Of a stretch of DNA of 11,145 nt, positions 5,900 to 11,145 are shown in pieces (within the stretch, counting starts at the first letter, position 1; every line of letters begins with the position of its first letter). A program made the translations under genes and the position numbers. Below the pieces are notes generated by a model. That model did not search any database and had not been told where the DNA came from. It saw nothing but the letters and a program-made list of their open reading frames with translations. The stretch comes from a virus. Its lineage: Duplodnaviria > Heunggongvirae > Uroviricota > Caudoviricetes. The stretch lies in IMG/VR virus record IMGVR_UViG_2802429224_000014; one strand, given 5' to 3'.

Positions 5900-7306
5900 T
5901 TACAGTGGTCCTACATCATCGCCGTCGATGTGAATCACGCCGTCTTTTTCCAACTTGGATAGCCAGCGCCGCATATTTTTCACATCGTACCCAAGCCTTT
6001 TCATGTCATCGCGCAACAACGGGATAGTGCATTTATCGCCTCGCTGTATGCGTGAACGGATACAGCCCCAAAGCGCTGTATGATTCTCCGTCTTGTTCCC
6101 GGCCTCCTCGATGCGTTCCAGTTCAGCAGGGGCGCGGGGAACGTCAATCACCACCATGGACACAATCTCTTCGCCATCTGTATCGGTAAACACCTCCACG
6201 CTTTTAAGGTCGTATGCGCTTTCTTTTGGCTCCTCTGCGTCCTTCATCTTCGTACACGCCGCCACCAGTGCTGTAACGTCTGAATTTTCCCGGCTGATTC
6301 GGTACTCTGCATCCAGTGCAGCACGGAATGCGCTGGAACCACGCGCCCCCTTTGTTTCATCCTTGCCGGAATGGTGAACCACCAGCACCGTGGCCCCTGT
6401 GGCCTGCTTTATCGCGTCACACCCCTGGATAAATGCGCCCATATCACGGGAATCATTTTCATCATTCCCACCAAAGCAACGGGCCAGCGTGTCTATCACA
6501 ATCAGCCGCACATTTTCGCCCGTTCTGCTCTTAACAAGTCCGGCAGTCCTGATAACCTGCTCCACATAGTCAGGCGATGCAGGGAAGACAGGCGCGTTAA
6601 CGATGCACAAATCCGTAACCACCTTGTCGTGGGTTATCTCCCACGCCTTAACGCGGCGTTTTACGCCCATGCTGCCTTCACCAGCGATATAGATAACCGC
6701 GCCCTTACTGACCCTGCGACCTCCCCATGCCATACCTGTGGCAACATGGCACGACCAGGAAATGGCGAGGAACGATTTATAAGAACCGCTGGCCCCGTAG
6801 GTGCTGCATAATGATTCAGCCGGAATAAGCCCCTTAATTACGTAGCTTTGCTGCGCGTCGAATCCCTCAGAACCCCATGAGATGGGAAGTGTGATTTTTC
6901 GCTTTCCACCATTCATGACCAGGCTTTCCCCACGTTCCCAGGTTTCTTTAAGGCGCGGTAGTTGCTCGCTCCAGTCCTCCAGTAGTTCGAAATTCTCTGA
7001 AAGTAACCGCGCTTCCCGGACACCTGCGATCGCCAGTTTGGTGGCAATGGTCAGCATCTGCATATCGTCCAGGTTTCCGGCGCGTATGACCTTTGCTCTG
7101 TATCGTCCTTCATCAACAATCTGTAAATTGTCCAGTTCGCTTAACTGATAACGGCCCAGGTAAACCGGAGGGATGGGATCGCCTGCTTTTTTGGCCTGTG
7201 CAATCATGTAATGTTCTGCAAAGGAGTGAGCATTATCACCCGCAAAAATAACCGCCTCAGTGTGTTTATCTTTCGGTAACAGTTTTACGTTTGGTGCCAG
7301 TTTCAT
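5900..7306 (-). CDS. replication protein: primase-like N-terminal region fused to a RecA-like (AAA_25/RepA-type) ATPase
   Basis: 468-aa ORF with AGAGGT RBS. Walker A-like GASGSYKS and Walker B-like RLIVIDTLARCF are visible, followed by VLVVHHSGKD. The domain order is typical of satellite/PICI primase-replicase proteins; assignment is by motif, not search. Confidence 0.85.
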   Translation of the reverse strand: MKLAPNVKLLPKDKHTEAVIFAGDNAHSFAEHYMIAQAKKAGDPIPPVYLGRYQLSELDNLQIVDEGRYRAKVIRAGNLDDMQMLTIATKLAIAGVREARLLSENFELLEDWSEQLPRLKETWERGESLVMNGGKRKITLPISWGSEGFDAQQSYVIKGLIPAESLCSTYGASGSYKSFLAISWSCHVATGMAWGGRRVSKGAVIYIAGEGSMGVKRRVKAWEITHDKVVTDLCIVNAPVFPASPDYVEQVIRTAGLVKSRTGENVRLIVIDTLARCFGGNDENDSRDMGAFIQGCDAIKQATGATVLVVHHSGKDETKGARGSSAFRAALDAEYRISRENSDVTALVAACTKMKDAEEPKESAYDLKSVEVFTDTDGEEIVSMVVIDVPRAPAELERIEEAGNKTENHTALWGCIRSRIQRGDKCTIPLLRDDMKRLGYDVKNMRRWLSKLEKDGVIHIDGDDVGPL

Positions 7307-7602
7307 TTTTTACCTCTGGATGCGCTGAGCATGCTTTTTATTTTCTTAATATTTTCCCGTGCTTTTTCCCTGCTGGTGGGCTTACCGCGTGTTGCGTTCT
7401 GTACCAGAGAAAAATCACGCCGGAACTGATAAACAGGCATCACGCAGTCATAGCCGTACCCATCACGGCGGTAAGTAACACACCGTCCCGCCACGCTTTT
7501 AATCGTTACAGTGCCGCCGTATTTATCTTTGAAAATATCGCCGGGGCAGATTTCAGGCCGAGGGAGGCCGCTGGCAGTAAAGCCAGAATTTTTCTGTTTC
7601 AT
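7303..7602 (-). CDS. hypothetical protein, 99 aa
   Basis: ORF with GGAGAA RBS; its stop overlaps the primase start (ATGA), suggesting translational coupling. Function unknown. Confidence 0.55.
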   Translation of the reverse strand: MKQKNSGFTASGLPRPEICPGDIFKDKYGGTVTIKSVAGRCVTYRRDGYGYDCVMPVYQFRRDFSLVQNATRGKPTSREKARENIKKIKSMLSASRGKK

Positions 7603-7607
7603 GGTTT

Positions 7608-7835
7608 TTATTCTCCGGTGTGATGCGTTTTATTATTCTCGTGAATTGCCATCACCGTATTTAATTCGTTAATTACTGGCGTTAATAATGTGTGCACGGC
7701 AGAAAACATCATGGGATATGATTCATCGCCATTTTCCGGCACTTCCATTAACTTAAGTAATAATGCCTCCATTTCCTTTGCGCGGATTAATGCATTCTCA
7801 GAATGAATAAGAACATCAAAGGGTATTTTATGCAT
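7608..7835 (-). CDS. hypothetical protein, 75 aa
   Basis: ORF with strong RBS AGGAGGTGA 4 nt upstream of the ATG; overlaps the upstream gene by 8 bp. Function unknown. Confidence 0.55.
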   Translation of the reverse strand: MHKIPFDVLIHSENALIRAKEMEALLLKLMEVPENGDESYPMMFSAVHTLLTPVINELNTVMAIHENNKTHHTGE

Positions 7836-8025
7836 GACTCACCTCCTGACGAATACGGGCGACGAATACAGCGACACAACCGGACGGGCAACGGTTACGC
7901 GCTTCGCGTTCTGTCCATGCGGTGACGTGGATGATTTGAGATTCTCCGGCACTCAGTGCCAGAAAACGCCACACAAAGGCCGTTTGTGTGTGCGCTAGGC
8001 GTGGGGTATGCTGTCTTACAGCCAT
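7828..8025 (-). CDS. hypothetical protein, 65 aa, first gene of the leftward replication operon (alternative start at 8040)
   Basis: GAGAGGT RBS 7 nt upstream of the ATG at 8025; the ATG at 8040 has no RBS. Function unknown. Confidence 0.45.
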   Translation of the reverse strand: MAVRQHTPRLAHTQTAFVWRFLALSAGESQIIHVTAWTEREARNRCPSGCVAVFVARIRQEVSHA

Positions 8026-8110
8026 AAAACTACCTCTCATAACGGTTTGTGGTTATAAGCCCTGCCAGTGGTAACGACACTTGCGGGGCTTTGCTTTTTG
8101 CGCCGATTGT

Positions 8111-8129
8111 GTGTAATGTGTCATTACAC
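8111..8129. promoter_or_regulatory. operator-like perfect inverted repeat GTGTAATG-tgt-CATTACAC in the divergent promoter region, with a third CATTACA half-site at 8137..8143
   Basis: Read directly; lies between the leftward operon (start 8025) and the plus-strand Arc-like gene (start 8159). Confidence 0.5.
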
Positions 8130-8158
8130 ATAAATACATTACATGAGGTGTAATTAAC

Positions 8159-8338
8159 GTGTCAACACACAAAAACGAAAGGCGTGGTAATCCTCCGTTC
8201 CAGTTCCGTTTAGATCCTGACTTACGGGAAAAGATGGAAAAAGCACAACAACAGGACGGCGATGATTCTCTTGCTGCCTGGATAAAGCGAATAATCCGCA
8301 AAGAATTACAACAGCGCGGTATCGAGCCAAAAGGCTGA
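8159..8338 (+). CDS. Arc/MetJ-type ribbon-helix-helix DNA-binding protein, 59 aa, GTG start
   Basis: Absent from the ORF track (GTG start, under 60 aa). GAGGTG RBS 8 nt upstream. Translation VSTHKNERRGNPPFQFRLDPDLREKMEKAQQQDGDDSLAAWIKRIIRKELQQRGIEPKG has the basic N-terminus, beta-strand, two-helix layout of Arc-family repressors. It is the only convincing plus-strand gene in the island. Confidence 0.65.
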   Translation: MSTHKNERRGNPPFQFRLDPDLREKMEKAQQQDGDDSLAAWIKRIIRKELQQRGIEPKG

Positions 8339-8427
8339 TAATCCACCAGCAAGCCAGCACACTGATCACATTGCCCACCAGCCAGCAAATCGCTATGATG
8401 TTCGGGCTTATGTTTAGTGTTTTCATT

Positions 8428-8455
8428 GGCGACCGCCCCCGGTCGCCTTTGTTTT
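8428..8455 (+). terminator. rho-independent terminator downstream of the Arc-like gene
   Basis: GGCGACCG-cccc-CGGTCGCC hairpin (8-bp perfect stem) followed by TTTGTTTT on the plus strand; no T-tract on the minus strand. Confidence 0.6.
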
Positions 8456-8475
8456 ATGTGTCATATACTCCCCCC

Positions 8476-8760
8476 TTATGCAGCTTTCTTACCGTACGGA
8501 TTATTGACTTTATCTACAGCAGGTGGGTTACGAACCCACCAAAGCACATCAGAGAGAAGCCACGCACAGCTATTGCGCCCGAAATGACAACGAAGCGGGA
8601 AACGCCCTTCATTTTCCATTTTGAAGCGAGTTGAGCGCGACAGACTGGTGATTTCCTGGCATTCCTTTTCACGGATACGGCGATCAAATTCAAAACCGTA
8701 TTCTTCAAGAAGCGCCCGGCGTTGTTCTGGAGTTGGGGGAATGAATGTAGTTTTTGTCAT
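8476..8760 (-). CDS. alpA: AlpA-family transcriptional regulator / excisionase-like HTH protein
   Basis: Start taken at the ATG at 8760 (GGAGG RBS 4 nt upstream), giving 94 aa. Contains the AlpA signature EITSLSRSTRFKMENEGRFPLRCHFGRNSCAWLLSDVLWWV (compare the family pattern LSRSTIYR...GxFP...W...V..W). Confidence 0.8.
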   Translation of the reverse strand: MTKTTFIPPTPEQRRALLEEYGFEFDRRIREKECQEITSLSRSTRFKMENEGRFPLRCHFGRNSCAWLLSDVLWWVRNPPAVDKVNNPYGKKAA

Positions 8761-8842
8761 ATTGCCTCCACTGTATCTATGCTTGCGGAGGCTATTTTGC
8801 AATCTTTAATACTGGATTAAAATACAGTAGTAATCATAGAAA

Positions 8843-8875
8843 CATACTGATAATGCTTATAAATATATCAGTATG
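8843..8875. promoter_or_regulatory. perfect 10-bp inverted repeat CATACTGATA-N13-TATCAGTATG upstream of alpA
   Basis: Read directly in the AT-rich region between the 309-aa gene and alpA; candidate operator in the alpA promoter. Confidence 0.45.
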
Positions 8876-8897
8876 CTTAGGAGTATATGAGTAAGGC

Positions 8898-9827
8898 TTA
8901 CTGCGACCTTTCACTCGGCCTCTTATGAGCATTACTTAAAATTGCTGCTATTTTTGTTTCTGTTTTTATTGGCAATTCACTATTAATGAACCAATCAGGT
9001 CTGGCGATCAACTCACGAGCCCAAGCAGAATAGTTAATCGTTCCATCGTTTTTTCTGCAGGTCTCATTAAAAGTATTTTGTTGCTCTTCTTTAAAACGCA
9101 TAGCAACCATTAAAATTTGCTCTCGATTTCTTGCATGTCTTTCAGCAGAATGGTGCACAATTTCATTGCCATTCATCTTGTGAGGTTCTACAGATTCAAA
9201 ATTATCTGTTAGCGTAAAATAATCGCCACCACAGTCAAGAAGTCGCCTTATATCATGAGCGGTAATCCACAAGTCATTTATAGAAATATTATTCTTTAAT
9301 ATTTGATCGTCTTCTTCATCATAATCACTATCTTCACCAACCATTAAAAGTTGTACGGCAGGATTATCAGTTTCTGGATGACACGGGGTTAATTCAAAAC
9401 CACTTAGGGAATACTCTCCAAAATTTTGTAGCTCTTCCAGCCCACTCCAAAGGCGCCACAATCCATAAGCCCTACCAATAGAGCTAAAGCATCCGTTTTC
9501 TGAGTCTTGACCGAATAAAGGCGCGTGTATAGTTTCATCTGTCTCCTCGTTATAATTGTATCTGAAAAGATGAAATCTGGAGTATTCAGTAATATTGTTC
9601 CCCATCAGTGATGTGGTCGATTTTGCATTTCTGGTATCAAACCAAGCAGTTGCAGACTTGCTATCAGTATTCATATATAAAACAGCGCGAGCATCAAATA
9701 AATTTAGGCATAAAGCTATTTTTTTAGTAACACCTAAATTCACGAGATCGCTAATCTCGCAACCCAGCAATCTTGATGCACGTTCAATGTTGCAATACTG
9801 AAAAGGAATTTTAATGTCGTTAGCCAT
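8898..9827 (-). CDS. hypothetical protein, 309 aa, AT-rich orphan gene between int and alpA
   Basis: Long ORF with GAGGG RBS 5 nt upstream of the ATG. Visibly AT-richer than the rest of the island. No catalytic motif recognised; the N-terminal 40 aa could form an HTH, followed by an acidic stretch DSDYDEEDD. Confidence 0.7.
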   Translation of the reverse strand: MANDIKIPFQYCNIERASRLLGCEISDLVNLGVTKKIALCLNLFDARAVLYMNTDSKSATAWFDTRNAKSTTSLMGNNITEYSRFHLFRYNYNEETDETIHAPLFGQDSENGCFSSIGRAYGLWRLWSGLEELQNFGEYSLSGFELTPCHPETDNPAVQLLMVGEDSDYDEEDDQILKNNISINDLWITAHDIRRLLDCGGDYFTLTDNFESVEPHKMNGNEIVHHSAERHARNREQILMVAMRFKEEQQNTFNETCRKNDGTINYSAWARELIARPDWFINSELPIKTETKIAAILSNAHKRPSERSQ

Positions 9828-9918
9828 TGCGCTACCCTCAACGCCCTAAATACTTTACGAGCCAGGCGGGTAGGGTTTCCCGCTTTTCGGTTGGCCGACC
9901 TATGCCCGTAATATCAGT

Positions 9919-11145
9919 TTAACCTCTATTCGATACAGGTAACAGCACCACATTTTGATGATTACCCGCCAGAAGTTCTAATCGGCCATACCACTTATTC
10001 AACGCATCCATTTTCTCAGGTAAGTACAGACTACGGTTATAAATAGCCATCACCCCCGGCAATGCATGACCAAGTAAAAGCTCTACAATATGTGGCGCAA
10101 TACCCATATTATTTAAACCTGTAGAAAATGTTCTGCGCAAATCGTGAAGCGTCCATGGCTCATTATGATGAAAATCTTTGTATAGCCTACGCCCTTTAAG
10201 CGAAGCAGCCTGGCGGGAACGTTCTTCACCCAGTACAATTCCTGTTTTTCCCGTTTCCTTTTTTAGATCCTCAATCCATGGGCGAATGCCCTCTGGAATT
10301 GGACGAACTATTTTTTCACGAGTTTTGCTGTGTTCTTTAGGAACCGTCCAAATCCATGACTGAAAATCCCATTCACTCCACCGGGATAATCTTACTTCCA
10401 TTGTTCGCGCCCCAAACAGCACAAGCAACTTAAGCAGACGAAGATAATAAAGTTGCTGTTCATCGCTATAAGTACACCGCCATACATCAGCTAACTCACT
10501 ATCTGACAGCACCCTATCACGCTGCCCCGATGGTTGCCCTACATCCTGGATTGTCATAAAAGCCAGGGCATCACATGAGGCATAACGGCGAACCTTGCAG
10601 AATCTTAAGGCCTGTTTACAAATCTGGAACATTCGCCCGGCAGTGATTGGCCTGGACTGGTTAATTTCATCAAAACATGCCACCCAGTGACGCGTTTCAC
10701 ACCGGGATAACGGATAGTGGCCAAGACGCGGATAAATATGCTTACGTAATTGCGCCCGCACCAGTTCCTCGTCACTACGTTTTTTTCTTGCGTAATGAAT
10801 TAGCCAATATTCAAGGGCATCATGGACAGTTACGGGGTTAAGGTTTTCTTCTGCGCTAAGTTCTAATTCAAGTCGTGGATTCAGCCCTTCCGCATACCAT
10901 TTTCGGCATAGTTCCCTCTTCTCCCTAGCCATTTTCAACGACATGTCAGGGTAACGCCCAAGAACAATGCGCTCTAACTTGCTCCCACGCCCACCAAGAC
11001 GATAAGAGAAAACCCAACTAATGCATCCCATCATGGATACTTTGATGCTTAATCCTTCACCATCCGCAATGGTAATTACTGAATCCCGCTTTACGCCGAG
11101 AAGCGATCTTAATTTTTTATCACTCAGTTTGTTTGTGCCAGCCAC
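9919..11145 (-). CDS. int: tyrosine recombinase/integrase, P4-family; N-terminus at or just beyond the window edge
   Basis: 408 codons from a GTG at the window edge to TAA at 9921..9919. N-terminal region resembles the P4-type integrase arm-binding domain (KLSDKKLRSLLG...ADGEGLSIKVS). C-terminal catalytic residues are visible: HDLRRTF, LLGHA and a tyrosine in AIYNRS. Confidence 0.92.
   Translation of the reverse strand: MAGTNKLSDKKLRSLLGVKRDSVITIADGEGLSIKVSMMGCISWVFSYRLGGRGSKLERIVLGRYPDMSLKMAREKRELCRKWYAEGLNPRLELELSAEENLNPVTVHDALEYWLIHYARKKRSDEELVRAQLRKHIYPRLGHYPLSRCETRHWVACFDEINQSRPITAGRMFQICKQALRFCKVRRYASCDALAFMTIQDVGQPSGQRDRVLSDSELADVWRCTYSDEQQLYYLRLLKLLVLFGARTMEVRLSRWSEWDFQSWIWTVPKEHSKTREKIVRPIPEGIRPWIEDLKKETGKTGIVLGEERSRQAASLKGRRLYKDFHHNEPWTLHDLRRTFSTGLNNMGIAPHIVELLLGHALPGVMAIYNRSLYLPEKMDALNKWYGRLELLAGNHQNVVLLPVSNRG

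Larger units (their letters stand above)
1311..11145. mobile_element. integrative phage satellite / PICI-like island (int, alpA, Arc-like, primase-ATPase, ori, SSB, capsid, decoration, TerS, two cos sites); left boundary uncertain (somewhere between about 540 and 1310), right boundary beyond the window
   Basis: Gene content and order typical of satellites: tyrosine integrase at one end, AlpA, primase/AAA replication protein with adjacent iterons, packaging module with cos. K-12 has gcd divergent from hpt at this position (from memory); no gcd-like ORF is present here. Confidence 0.7.

Noticed and set aside
2202-7623. Plus-strand track ORFs overlapping the minus-strand genes (for example 2204..2515, 3583..3858, 4406..4723, 5038..5430, 5270..5632, 6093..6377, 6371..6811, 6882..7148, 7291..7623)
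   Set aside because: All lie antisense within well-supported genes, lack RBSs and give low-complexity translations; treated as shadow ORFs.
8053-8426. Minus-strand track ORFs 8053..8388 (111 aa) and 8154..8426 (90 aa)
   Set aside because: They run antisense through the Arc-like gene, its operator and its terminator, have no RBS, and their translations are Cys/Trp-rich with no protein-like character.
8428-8447. GC-rich symmetric sequence GGCGACCGCCCCCGGTCGCC as a cosN-like site
   Set aside because: It is a perfect hairpin followed by a T-tract and lacks flanking cosQ or cosB elements, which fits an intrinsic terminator for the Arc-like gene.
8514-8708. Alternative-frame 64-aa minus-strand ORF inside alpA
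   Set aside because: Nested in a different frame of the AlpA-family gene, which has the RBS and the family signature.
8843-8875. Possible LexA (SOS) box in the alpA promoter
   Set aside because: CTG and CAG are separated by 19 nt, not the 10 nt of the CTG-N10-CAG consensus.
1-11145. tRNA/tmRNA genes or a CRISPR array
   Set aside because: No cloverleaf-like sequence with a CCA-adjacent acceptor stem and no regularly spaced short repeats were seen by eye; an att-site tRNA, if any, would lie beyond the integrase end of the window.

Overview
The window holds the 5' flank of a chromosomal hpt gene (1..537, minus strand) followed by what reads as a roughly 10 kb integrative phage satellite or PICI-like island, with all island genes but one on the minus strand. 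From right to left: a P4-family tyrosine integrase at the window edge, an AT-rich 309-aa orphan gene, an AlpA-family regulator, a convergent plus-strand Arc/RHH-like gene with a palindromic operator, three small coupled ORFs, a primase/RecA-like ATPase replication protein followed by an iteron-rich putative ori, a short SSB-like protein, then a morphogenesis block (69-aa ORF, lambda gpE-like major capsid, lambda gpD-like decoration, 141-aa ORF) and a lambda Nu1-like small terminase. The most unusual feature is that the Nu1-like gene is flanked by two complete lambda-like cos sites in inverted orientation, each with its own distinct triple R-site cosB. No portal, prohead protease, large terminase or tail genes are present, so the element appears to supply its own capsid shell and packaging specificity while depending on a lambdoid helper for the rest. 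All homology calls are by eye against remembered lambda, P4 and E. coli sequences; no searches were run. The left boundary of the island is not resolved, and no tRNA or CRISPR array was seen.
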